Below, piece by piece: positions 8,944 to 17,268 of a stretch of DNA of 24,585 bases (its first letter is position 1; each line of letters begins with the position of its first letter). Both the position numbers and the translations under genes were made by a program. Under the pieces are notes generated by a model that was not told where the DNA came from, did not search any database, and saw nothing but the letters and a program-made list of their open reading frames with translations. The stretch lies in the NCBI GenBank assembly GCA_044347825.1, contig JBIKUA010000001.1, positions 1 to 24,585 on the forward strand, in the 5' to 3' direction. This stretch comes from Candidatus Deianiraeaceae bacterium (GTDB lineage Bacteria; Pseudomonadota; Alphaproteobacteria; Rickettsiales; Deianiraeaceae).

Positions 8944-9468
8944 ATGATATACTCTACAGGTAAAAGAAAAACTTCAATTGCAAAAGTTTGGCTAGATGAA
9001 AAAGCAAAAACTACCGCAGTAAATGATAAAGCTATAGAAACTTACTTTCCAGTTGCTAATTTAAGACAAAAAGTTCTACTTCCGCAATCAGTTCTAGTAA
9101 CAATATTAAAGAAAAGACAGGTTGACGCTATTAATGAAGATGTAATTGTAGGAATTGCAAGTATTAAGGGAAATCAAATACCAGCAAGTTTTTATGAATA
9201 TGTCAACAGCTTTTCAAGTGAAGCGGTTGCAAGCTTAATTGGTGCTATTTCAAACATCAACTTTAAAGTGCAAGCAATTGGCGGAGGCATTAGAGGGCAA
9301 GCTGAAGCCGTTATGTATGGTATTTCAAAATGCCTTGCAGAATTCAAGCCAGAAGTTCAAAAAATTTTAAAAGACTTAGGTTTCTTAACAAGAGATTCAA
9401 GAATTGTTGAGAGGAAAAAACCTGGTCTTAGAAAGGCAAGAAAAAAAGAACAATACTCAAAACGTTAA
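8944..9468 (+). CDS. rpsI: 30S ribosomal protein S9 with an internal insertion
   Basis: TGKRKTSIAKV, GGGIRGQAEA, GFLTRDSRIVERKKPGLRKARKKEQYSKR. Confidence 0.96.
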   Translation: MIYSTGKRKTSIAKVWLDEKAKTTAVNDKAIETYFPVANLRQKVLLPQSVLVTILKKRQVDAINEDVIVGIASIKGNQIPASFYEYVNSFSSEAVASLIGAISNINFKVQAIGGGIRGQAEAVMYGISKCLAEFKPEVQKILKDLGFLTRDSRIVERKKPGLRKARKKEQYSKR

Positions 9469-9483
9469 TATTACTAGAATTTT

Positions 9484-9927
9484 ATGTCCACTGCTAAAAC
9501 AGAAACTCAAAATCAAGGTCTTGCTAGTCTTAAGAAGAGATCTGCAAGTGTTGACTTTCGTGTAGAAGGTGTATCCCTTGAAAACAAAAGAATTTGCATA
9601 GCTCTTACCAAGATATATGGAATTGGAAACACAGTTGCTTTAAAAATTTGTCAAGATTTAAACATAAATCCTGATAAAAGACCTTCCGACATGACAGATG
9701 AAGAAAAAACTGCAATTCGTGATTACATTAAAACAAACCTAAAGGTTGAAGGTGAATTGAAAAAAGTTGTTATTTCTAACATTCAAAGAAAAATCAACAT
9801 TCAATGTTACCAAGGTTTAAGGCATAGATATAAACTTCCTGTTAGAGGTCAAAGAACCAAAACTAATGCAAGAACAAGAAAAGGGAAGTCAAACCCAATT
9901 GCAAATAAAAAGAAAGTTACTAAATAA
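9484..9927 (+). CDS. rpsM: 30S ribosomal protein S13 with an N-terminal extension
   Basis: IALTKIYGIG, VEGEL, CYQGLRHRYKLPVRGQRTKTNARTRKG. Confidence 0.97.
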   Translation: MSTAKTETQNQGLASLKKRSASVDFRVEGVSLENKRICIALTKIYGIGNTVALKICQDLNINPDKRPSDMTDEEKTAIRDYIKTNLKVEGELKKVVISNIQRKINIQCYQGLRHRYKLPVRGQRTKTNARTRKGKSNPIANKKKVTK

Positions 9928-9933
9928 TAAAAT

Positions 9934-10338
9934 ATGGCAAATAAGGCATCATATAATAAAAAAAGCAAAAAAAATATTAAGGTTGTTAGCGTTGCTGAAA
10001 TACATGTGCTTTCAACATTTAATAATATTATCATTTCACTTACAGACCCAAGCGGAAATTTACTTTCTCAGTGTTCTTCAGGTATGGTTGGGGCAAGTGG
10101 TTCCAAAAAAGCGAGTTCATATTTTGCAAGTATGGTAATTAATAGAATTTTAGATTCTGCAAGAGCCTTTAATGTGAAAGCTCTATCTGTTATCTTTAAA
10201 GGTCCTGGAATTAATGGAAGAGATGCAGTTGTAAAAGTGTTGAATGAAAATGCAAACAACTTTGCTATCACCTCTTTAAAGGATTTTACGCCAGTTCCGC
10301 ACAACGGTTGTAGAGCTCGTAAGAGAAGAAGGGCGTAG
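9934..10338 (+). CDS. rpsK: 30S ribosomal protein S11
   Basis: STFNNIIISLTD, KGPG and DFTPVPHNGCR. Confidence 0.96.
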   Translation: MANKASYNKKSKKNIKVVSVAEIHVLSTFNNIIISLTDPSGNLLSQCSSGMVGASGSKKASSYFASMVINRILDSARAFNVKALSVIFKGPGINGRDAVVKVLNENANNFAITSLKDFTPVPHNGCRARKRRRA

Positions 10339-10365
10339 AGCATACTTCGTAGAACATAATATATA

Positions 10366-11364
10366 ATGCTTATGCAAATAAAAGATTCTTACACTTCTTT
10401 AAGTTTTCCTCGCTCATTCGAGCAGACTGTAGTAAAAGATGGTTACAAGTCTATCTTCACTACATATCCAATCCAGCGAGGCTTTGGTATAATAATTGGC
10501 AATGCATTCAGAAGAATTTTACTTTCTTCAATAAGAGGTGTTGCTGTTGTTGCAGTAAAATCAAGTAAATTTGTTAATCTTTACGCAACCGTAGAAGGTG
10601 TAAAAGAAGAATGTTTTTCAATTATTGTCAACATATCCAAACTTGTGGTTAAAATGGATATGACCGAGTCTGCGGTTCTAAAACTTTCTGCAACAAAATC
10701 TGGTAATGTATATGCAGATAGCATTAAAGCACCTGGAGGAGTTGAAATTTTAAATAAAGATTTACATTTATTTACCTTAAATGAAGGTCATTCAATTGAT
10801 ATAGAAATTGAAATTGAAGCTGGCATAGGTCAAAAAAAAGCACAAGGAGTTGATATTATTGGAGGCAGAATAGAAGTTGATAGAATTTACAGTCCAGTTG
10901 AAAAAGTTAGCTTTGATGTCTCAACTATTAATGATACAACGAGTTATGGTAGTAAGAGTACTTACGATAAACTTGATATAACTGTTGAAACAAATGGTTC
11001 CGTTCATCCTAAGGAAGCAGTGGGAATGTCTGCAACTATTGCACGCGAATTTTTTGCTTGCTTTATTGATTTTCCAGAAAAAAGCATTAATATTATTTCC
11101 ACAGGTCAGGCAACGGTTAAAAATATCAATCATTATCTAAACATTCAAATTGATGACTTAGAACTTTCTGTAAGGTCTGCAAACTGCTTAAAGGCGGAAA
11201 AAATACTTTACATTGGTCAGCTTGTTACAAAATCTGAATCTGAGATGTTAAAAACTCCAAACTTTGGTAAAAAATCCTTGGAAGAAATCAAGGCCATTTT
11301 AATAAGTATGGGGCTTTCTCTTGGAATGTCAAAAATAAACTGGGAACCACCAGTAGAAAATTAA
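10366..11364 (+). CDS. rpoA: DNA-directed RNA polymerase subunit alpha
   Basis: [32 protein letters not shown] and the alphaCTD motif [12 protein letters not shown]...[12 protein letters not shown]. Confidence 0.97.
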   Translation: MLMQIKDSYTSLSFPRSFEQTVVKDGYKSIFTTYPIQRGFGIIIGNAFRRILLSSIRGVAVVAVKSSKFVNLYATVEGVKEECFSIIVNISKLVVKMDMTESAVLKLSATKSGNVYADSIKAPGGVEILNKDLHLFTLNEGHSIDIEIEIEAGIGQKKAQGVDIIGGRIEVDRIYSPVEKVSFDVSTINDTTSYGSKSTYDKLDITVETNGSVHPKEAVGMSATIAREFFACFIDFPEKSINIISTGQATVKNINHYLNIQIDDLELSVRSANCLKAEKILYIGQLVTKSESEMLKTPNFGKKSLEEIKAILISMGLSLGMSKINWEPPVEN

Positions 11365-11384
11365 TAGGAATAATTATTATTTAT

Positions 11385-11774
11385 ATGAAACACGGAATTA
11401 ATGGAAGAAAATTTGGTAGAGACACAAAACACAGAAATGCTTTACTGAGAAATCTAGCTACATCCTTAATTTTGCACGGTAGAATAATAACTACTTTACC
11501 AAAAGCGAAAGATTTAAGACCTTATATTGAAAAATTAATCACAAAAGCAAAAAATAAAAGTCTTCACAATATTAGACAAATTGAAAGCGTTCTTTATACA
11601 GAAGAAGCTAGAAAAAAGCTTTTTGAAGTTGTTGCCCCAAAAATGGAAGGTAGAAATGGTGGATATGCTAGAATTTATAAATATGGATTTAGAAAAGGGG
11701 ACGGTGGTGCAAGAGCGATAATTGAGCTTATTGATTGTTATTCTCAAAATCAGGAGGCTGTTGAAACAAATTAA
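11385..11774 (+). CDS. rplQ: 50S ribosomal protein L17
   Basis: MKHG...RKFGR...HRNALLRNLATSL...ITTLPKAK, RNGGYARI and RKGDG. Confidence 0.97.
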   Translation: MKHGINGRKFGRDTKHRNALLRNLATSLILHGRIITTLPKAKDLRPYIEKLITKAKNKSLHNIRQIESVLYTEEARKKLFEVVAPKMEGRNGGYARIYKYGFRKGDGGARAIIELIDCYSQNQEAVETN

Positions 11775-11781
11775 CAAATAT

Positions 11782-11939
11782 AAGAAGGCGTCTAATTAAA
11801 GACGATTAATAAGAGCTTTATTTTTCAAACACTACTAGTTATGCACTAAAATCTTGCGAGGAAACTTCTTATGAGCGAATTTTTACTTTCAACGAGATAA
11901 CCTTCTTTTTTTCTTATAATTAAATTACCTAAGGAGGTT
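11782..11939 (+). other. Candidate structured RNA region with alternative pairing (AAGAAGG / CCTTCTT / AAGGAGG)
   Basis: CCTTCTT (11901-11907) is complementary to AAGAAGG (11782-11788) and, with one G-U pair, to AAGGAGG (11931-11937). Internal hairpins: CGTCT-N6-AGACG and ATCTTG...CGAGAT. Confidence 0.3.
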
Positions 11940-11946
11940 TTATAAA

Positions 11947-12000
11947 ATGCATTCCTATTTATCAACAGTGATTAACAATTATTTCAAGAACTTAGCATAA
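11947..12000 (+). CDS. Possible 17-aa small ORF (MHSYLSTVINNYFKNLA) with a perfect SD
   Basis: AAGGAGGT at 11931-11938, 8 nt upstream of ATG 11947; TAA ends at 12000. Confidence 0.25.
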   Translation: MHSYLSTVINNYFKNLA

Positions 12001-12110
12001 ATAATGGAAAACCTCTTTGTTAATGATTAATAGAGGAATTACATCTATATTAATCTACTTTTAAATGTAATTTAGCAACCATAACCTCAAATTCAAAATA
12101 AAAATTATTC

Positions 12111-12138
12111 TTGATTTTTTTATAAATCGTTTTATACT
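12111..12138 (+). promoter_or_regulatory. Putative sigma70 promoter for the hss leader
   Basis: cTTGATT(12111-12116)-N16-TATACT(12133-12138). Confidence 0.45.
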
Positions 12139-12161
12139 TATATATATAAATAATTTTAAAA

Positions 12162-12270
12162 ATGCTATCCAAAGCACAAATTTCGGTAAAAAAATATATA
12201 AGCCAGATGAGAGTTCACGCTTTCACTGGCTTAACAAATATCTTCTAAACATTCCCGCAGATGCGGGTAT
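12162..12270 (+). promoter_or_regulatory. hss 5' leader: 28-aa uORF (12162-12248) plus two GC-rich hairpins
   Basis: uORF MLSKAQISVKKYISQMRVHAFTGLTNIF. Hairpin 1 at 12199-12233 (TAAGCCAG-a-TGAGAG/TTCACG/CTTTCA-CTGGCTTA, 14 bp). Hairpin 2 CCCGC-AGAT-GCGGG at 12254-12267. Confidence 0.45.
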
Positions 12271-12310
12271 CTCTAATTAAACCAAATCTACTAACCTAAA
12301 TATTAATAAT

Positions 12311-13705
12311 ATGAAACCTAATTTTAATGGAAAATTCGTTTTACTAGGGTTTGGCTCTGTTGCCTCTTCCCTTATGCCTCTACTTTTTAAACATTTTGAG
12401 ATAAATCCTCAAAATTTAATTATTATTTCAAGCGATGAAAGAAATAGTAAAATAGCCTCTCATTATGGGGTTAAAATCAATGTTTGCCCATTAAATAGAA
12501 CTAACTACAAAAAGATTTTATCTCAATATCTAGAAAAAGGAGATTTTTTGGTGAACTTATCAGTAGATGTTAGTAGTTTAGATTTAATTCGCTTTTGCAA
12601 TGAAATTGGAGCTTTATATCTTGATACCTGCATTGAACCATGGCCCGGATTTTACACAAATGAAGAGCTTTCCCCTTCTCAAAGATCTAACTTCTTTTTA
12701 AGAAAAGAGGTGTTAGATTTAAGGGGCAATCTTGCTAAAAATAGCCCTACTGCCGTTGTTTGTCATGGAATGAACCCTGGAACGATTTCTCATTTTGTTA
12801 AGCAAGCACTTGTGAATATGGCAAAAGATGCAGGAATTGAGACGAACCCTCAAACTAGTGAAGACTGGGGAAAGCTTGCAAAAATGCTTAAAATCAAGGT
12901 AATTCATATTGCGGAAAGAGATACTCAAATTGCAAACACACCTAAAAGGCAAGATGAATTTCGCAACACTTGGAGCGTGGACGGATTTTTAAGTGAGGGT
13001 AGTCAGCCTGCAGAAATGGGGTGGGGAAGCCACGAAAAAGAAATGCCAAAAGATGGCGTAAAACCTCATTCTAATGCCCCTTCTATTATACTTACAACTC
13101 CAGGATTAAAAACAAAAGTAAAAACATGGACTCCAATATCGGGCTCTTGTGAAGCGTTTGTAATAACTCACAATGAAGCGATTAGTATTTCTGAGTATTT
13201 TAGCTATAAAGCAGGAGATGGCTCTGTTTATAGACCAACCTGCCATTATGCTTACCGTCCTTGTAATGACACAGTTTTGAGCCTTCAAGAATATGCAGAT
13301 AAAAATTTTGAGAAGCATCCAAAACAGCTTATTTTAACTGATGAAATCGTAGATGGTGTTGATGAATTGGGAGTTCTTTTAATGGGAGGAGAAAAAGCTT
13401 ACTGGTTTGGAAGTTTGTTAGATATACATGAAGCTAGGAAGTTAGCACCTTTTAACACGGCAACATCTCTTCAAATTACATCTGGTGTGCTTTCTGCTAT
13501 TGTTTGGGCGATTAACAATCCTCAAAGAGGGATAGTTGAGGCGGAGGATATGGATTATAACGAGGTTTTGTCCGTTTCTAGTCAATATCTAGGTATGCTT
13601 GAAGGATTTTACACAGATTTCACACCACTAAAAAACAGGCAAAATTTATTTGAGGAAGATTTAGATAAAAGTTGTCCTTTTCAGTTTAAGAATTTTAGAG
13701 TTTAA
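12311..13705 (+). CDS. hss: Homospermidine synthase
   Basis: LLGFGSV, VNLSVD, YLDTCIEPW, HGMNPG, IHIAERDTQ, NTWSVDGF, THNEAISI, YRPTCHYAY, DELGVLL and NTATSLQ. Confidence 0.93.
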   Translation: MKPNFNGKFVLLGFGSVASSLMPLLFKHFEINPQNLIIISSDERNSKIASHYGVKINVCPLNRTNYKKILSQYLEKGDFLVNLSVDVSSLDLIRFCNEIGALYLDTCIEPWPGFYTNEELSPSQRSNFFLRKEVLDLRGNLAKNSPTAVVCHGMNPGTISHFVKQALVNMAKDAGIETNPQTSEDWGKLAKMLKIKVIHIAERDTQIANTPKRQDEFRNTWSVDGFLSEGSQPAEMGWGSHEKEMPKDGVKPHSNAPSIILTTPGLKTKVKTWTPISGSCEAFVITHNEAISISEYFSYKAGDGSVYRPTCHYAYRPCNDTVLSLQEYADKNFEKHPKQLILTDEIVDGVDELGVLLMGGEKAYWFGSLLDIHEARKLAPFNTATSLQITSGVLSAIVWAINNPQRGIVEAEDMDYNEVLSVSSQYLGMLEGFYTDFTPLKNRQNLFEEDLDKSCPFQFKNFRV

Positions 13706-13721
13706 TTTAGGAAATTAGTTT

Positions 13722-15872
13722 TTAATAAAAACTAATAGGGTCAACATCTGTTTTAATTGTGATGGACTTAGGTAATTTTAGCCCATCTAAAACCTTTAAA
13801 ATACGGTCTTGAAGATTAAAATATTTAGTGCTTAAAATTAAAATTCTAAATCTATATCTATTTCTCAAAAATGAAATGATTGGCACGGAAGGACCAAATA
13901 GAGAAAACCCCTCAAGTCCTTTAAATTCCTCTTCCAATGCTACGCTAAATTTTTTAGCAAATTCTAGAGTTTCTAACTTTTCATCACCCGCAACAACAAA
14001 CGCTACTTGTTTAGAAAATGGGGGTAGTTTGAACTTTTTTCTTGCTTCTATTTCCAAATTATAAAATCCCGTTTTATCATAATTTACAATTGAAAATAAG
14101 ACTTTATTCTTAGGGTCAAAAGTTTGAATATACACTTCACCATCCGCCCTTTCTCTCCCTGTTCTTCCTGCCACTTGATACAAAAGTTGAAAGGTCTTCT
14201 CAAAAGCACGAAAGTCCTCAATATTAAGGCCAAAATCAGCATCTAAAACTCCTACAAATCTTAAATTAGGGAAGTGATAACCTTTGGATACAACCTGTGT
14301 GCCTACTATAACTTTTGCCTCTCCACTTTCAATTTTTGCAATTACCTCACGGGTTTTAATAGGGGATGATAGTGTATCGCTTGTAAGTAAAACAACCTGA
14401 TTTTTTGGTAAAATTTGACATAACTCCTCTTGTATTCTTTCCACTCCTGCACCCATAACCTTCATAGTGTCCTCTCCAGCACAGGCTTCACACATTTTTG
14501 GTTTTTCCCTCACATATCCGCAATGATGGCATTTTAATTTTCCTTCAACTCTATGTTCTGTTAAATGCACATCGCAAAATTTACACTTTATTCTTTCTCC
14601 ACAACAAGAGCATAAGACTATTGGAGCATAACCTCTACGATTTAAAAAAAACATTGCCTGACCTCCTGAATTTACAACCTCCATCATTTTTGTTTTTAAG
14701 CTTGTAGATATAAACTGTGTTTTTGGCATTTTTTCTTGCTTCATATCAACTATCGTGATTTTTGGCATTTGTTTAACAAAAAAACGATTTTCCAGCTTTA
14801 TTTCCGTATATTTACCATTTTGCGTATTATTGTAAGTTTCCACCGATGGAGTTGCAGAACCTAAAATAACAGGTATTTCAAAAATAAAACCCCTCATAAC
14901 TGCCATATCCCTACCATTGTAAATTATAGTCTCTTCTTGCTTGTAAGAGCCGTCGTGTTCTTCATCTACAATTATGAGTTTTAAGTTTTTAAAAGGAAGA
15001 AAAATAGAGGACCGTGTTCCAATTATAACCTTTGCTTCACCGCTTACAATTTGCATAAAGCTTAAAGTTCGCTTTTTTTCAGAGACGCTGGAGTGCCATA
15101 AAATAGCATTAAAGCCAAATCTTTCTTTAAATCGGTTAAGTATAGCGGAAGAAAGAGCGATTTCTGGAAGAGTTAAAAGAACTTGCCCCCCCTTACTTAT
15201 AACATCATTAATGAGATGGAAGTAGACTTCGGTTTTCCCGCTTCCTGTTTCTCCATTTAAAAGGAAGGTTTTAAAGCCTTTATTGAGATAATGTTTTATA
15301 CTCTCAAAAGCTTCCACCTGAGTGCTTGAAAGTTTAGCAAGTTTAGTTGGGGGTGCAATTTTTTCTTCCGATTTAGTAAGCTCTAGCAAACCTTTTTTTG
15401 TAATTTTTGCAAGCTCAGAAGGGGGAATTTTAATTGAATTTAAAGCAATTTTAGAACCATTTTTTAAAGCTTCCCATAATTCTTTCCAAAGTTTTGATTT
15501 AAGTGAATTTTCACTTGCTTGAGAAGAAAGGGAAACATCAAATTCAACCTCTTCTTTTATTTCAGGTATGCGAAACTTAGAAAACGGAAAACATAACCTT
15601 AAAAACATGCCTACGCTACCAGAGTGATACTTACTTGCCGTTTGCACAAGTTTTATTAGTTTAGCACTAAAAATGCCTTTTAAAAGCACAAAATTAACCT
15701 CTTTTAAGGCAAATTCCGTTTTTTCTGGCACTTCTAAAACTTCCAAAACAACGCCATATGTTGCAATTTTACCAAATTGAATTGAGACAACGTCTCCTTC
15801 GGATACATCTTCAAAGCAAAGATAATCAAAAGTTTTAGAAAATGGCAACAGAGGAAGAATTTTCACTAGCAT
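13722..15872 (-). CDS. priA: Primosomal protein N' (replication-restart helicase)
   Basis: GETGSGKTEVY, DEEHD, ILGSATPS, LNRRGY, Cys-rich CxxC clusters, and QVAGRTGR. Confidence 0.96.
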   Translation of the reverse strand: MLVKILPLLPFSKTFDYLCFEDVSEGDVVSIQFGKIATYGVVLEVLEVPEKTEFALKEVNFVLLKGIFSAKLIKLVQTASKYHSGSVGMFLRLCFPFSKFRIPEIKEEVEFDVSLSSQASENSLKSKLWKELWEALKNGSKIALNSIKIPPSELAKITKKGLLELTKSEEKIAPPTKLAKLSSTQVEAFESIKHYLNKGFKTFLLNGETGSGKTEVYFHLINDVISKGGQVLLTLPEIALSSAILNRFKERFGFNAILWHSSVSEKKRTLSFMQIVSGEAKVIIGTRSSIFLPFKNLKLIIVDEEHDGSYKQEETIIYNGRDMAVMRGFIFEIPVILGSATPSVETYNNTQNGKYTEIKLENRFFVKQMPKITIVDMKQEKMPKTQFISTSLKTKMMEVVNSGGQAMFFLNRRGYAPIVLCSCCGERIKCKFCDVHLTEHRVEGKLKCHHCGYVREKPKMCEACAGEDTMKVMGAGVERIQEELCQILPKNQVVLLTSDTLSSPIKTREVIAKIESGEAKVIVGTQVVSKGYHFPNLRFVGVLDADFGLNIEDFRAFEKTFQLLYQVAGRTGRERADGEVYIQTFDPKNKVLFSIVNYDKTGFYNLEIEARKKFKLPPFSKQVAFVVAGDEKLETLEFAKKFSVALEEEFKGLEGFSLFGPSVPIISFLRNRYRFRILILSTKYFNLQDRILKVLDGLKLPKSITIKTDVDPISFY

Positions 15873-15878
15873 AAAACC

Positions 15879-16337
15879 TTAAAATCCAAAACGATTTTGA
15901 ATTTCTATATAAATTTTATCCGCTACATCTTGCGAAGCATTTTCGCTTGCAGATTTTTGAGTGAAAAAGTCTGCTATTACATTCTCTCTTGCAGAAAGAT
16001 AGTTTGTATAACTAGAAGCAGAGCCAGTAAATATAACTTTACCTGTTTCAAACTCCATTAATTTAAAACTAACATTAATTGTAAGCACAAAATTTGCAGT
16101 AATTGCATCACTTCCAAGCCCAGAACCTCCAATTGTCTCTTTTTTTTCAATCAAAAGCTTATAATTTGGATTAGATGAAGTTTCAAATTTATCTTCCAAA
16201 AATCTCTTTATAATAAATGCATTGTTATCCATTTTATTTGGTATAACAACAACATTTTTAATTTTATCTTCTCTTTTAACTTCTTCTAAATTACAAGCAA
16301 AAACAAGAAGGCAAAATATTATTAAAAGTTTCTTCAT
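15879..16337 (-). CDS. Lipoprotein, probable LPS-assembly LptE family
   Basis: Signal peptide with lipobox (MKKLLIIFCLLVFAC). Size and beta-rich pattern (YKLLI...FVLTINVSFKL...GKVIFTGSA...A.DI) fit LptE. Not in the usual leuS-lptE-holA context. Confidence 0.55.
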   Translation of the reverse strand: MKKLLIIFCLLVFACNLEEVKREDKIKNVVVIPNKMDNNAFIIKRFLEDKFETSSNPNYKLLIEKKETIGGSGLGSDAITANFVLTINVSFKLMEFETGKVIFTGSASSYTNYLSARENVIADFFTQKSASENASQDVADKIYIEIQNRFGF

Positions 16338-17245
16338 AATTTTAACATCTCATCAACTATTTTTTCTTGAATTCTAATTCCATAAAGTTCGTTTATCAGG
16401 CAAAATCCAGTTGGTGAAGTTACATTAATTTCTGTTATATTATCATCTATTACATCAATACCAACTAAAAATAGCCCCAATTCCTTAAACTTTAAAAAAA
16501 ACTCCCTGCACATTTCCTTTTCTCTTTCCGTTAAAGTAGTTTGAAAGTACTTCCCTCCAACTGCAGTGTTAGAAATTGCATAATCTTCCGCCTGAACTCT
16601 GTTTAATGCACCTGCAAATTCTCCATTTATAAAGAGAATTCTTTTATCCCCCTTTCTCACATTTGGTAAATATTTTTGAGCTATAATTGGTAATCCGTTA
16701 TAGCTTTCCTTTAAAACCCTAAAAGCATTAAAGAGGTTTTTATCATTTTTAGGAATATAAAACACTCCCATACCTCCGTGAGCGTAAAGAGGTTTTAGTA
16801 TAATTTCATTATGCTTTTGCCAAAATTCTCTAACCTCTGCCTCACTATTTGTAATTATTGTTTCTGGCATAAATTTTGCAAAATCTAAAACAAATAGCTT
16901 TTCTGGGCAGTTTCTAACCGAAGTTGGGTTATTTAGTACTTTTGCCTTTTTAAGTCTTTCAAGTAAGTATGTTGTTGTTATATAATTCATATTAAATGGA
17001 GGGTCTTGCCTTAGAAATATAAAATTAAAGTCATCTAAGTTCTTCTTCTCCATTACGCCTTCCTCTTGCTCTCCTTCAAAGGCAAAACCCTCGGCGTAAA
17101 TTTCACCATTTTCATACCTTAGAGTTTCAGGATAGTAAAACCAAACATCAAAGTCTCTTGCATAACATTCGTGCATAATTAGTAAAGATGTATCTGTTTT
17201 TGGTTTTAAAGTGGTTATTTTATCTATTTGAAAGGCAATTTTCAT
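16334..17245 (-). CDS. gshB: Glutathione synthetase
   Basis: MKIAFQID, DTS, FLRQDPPFNMNYI, RNCPEKL, LKPLYAHGG, GDKRI, SNTAVGG and EINVTSPTG. Start set at ATG 17245. Confidence 0.95.
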   Translation of the reverse strand: MKIAFQIDKITTLKPKTDTSLLIMHECYARDFDVWFYYPETLRYENGEIYAEGFAFEGEQEEGVMEKKNLDDFNFIFLRQDPPFNMNYITTTYLLERLKKAKVLNNPTSVRNCPEKLFVLDFAKFMPETIITNSEAEVREFWQKHNEIILKPLYAHGGMGVFYIPKNDKNLFNAFRVLKESYNGLPIIAQKYLPNVRKGDKRILFINGEFAGALNRVQAEDYAISNTAVGGKYFQTTLTEREKEMCREFFLKFKELGLFLVGIDVIDDNITEINVTSPTGFCLINELYGIRIQEKIVDEMLKL

Positions 17246-17268
17246 AATACTTTTGTTAAATTTATAAT

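Noticed and set aside
11789-11825. Hairpin CGTCT-N6-AGACG as an intrinsic terminator of the rplQ operon
   Set aside because: Only a 5-bp stem, and the U-tract is not adjacent.
11780-12000. Possible tmRNA, 6S or SRP RNA identity for the post-rplQ region
   Set aside because: No tRNA-like domain or ANDN-type tag, no SRP helix-8 motif, and no long 6S-like rod evident.
2894-15522. Short track ORFs antisense to or nested in ispH, lysS, murD, tal, ppi, rpsM, rpsK, rpoA, rplQ, hss and priA
   Set aside because: All lie within well-supported genes, mostly on the opposite strand, and look like shadow frames.
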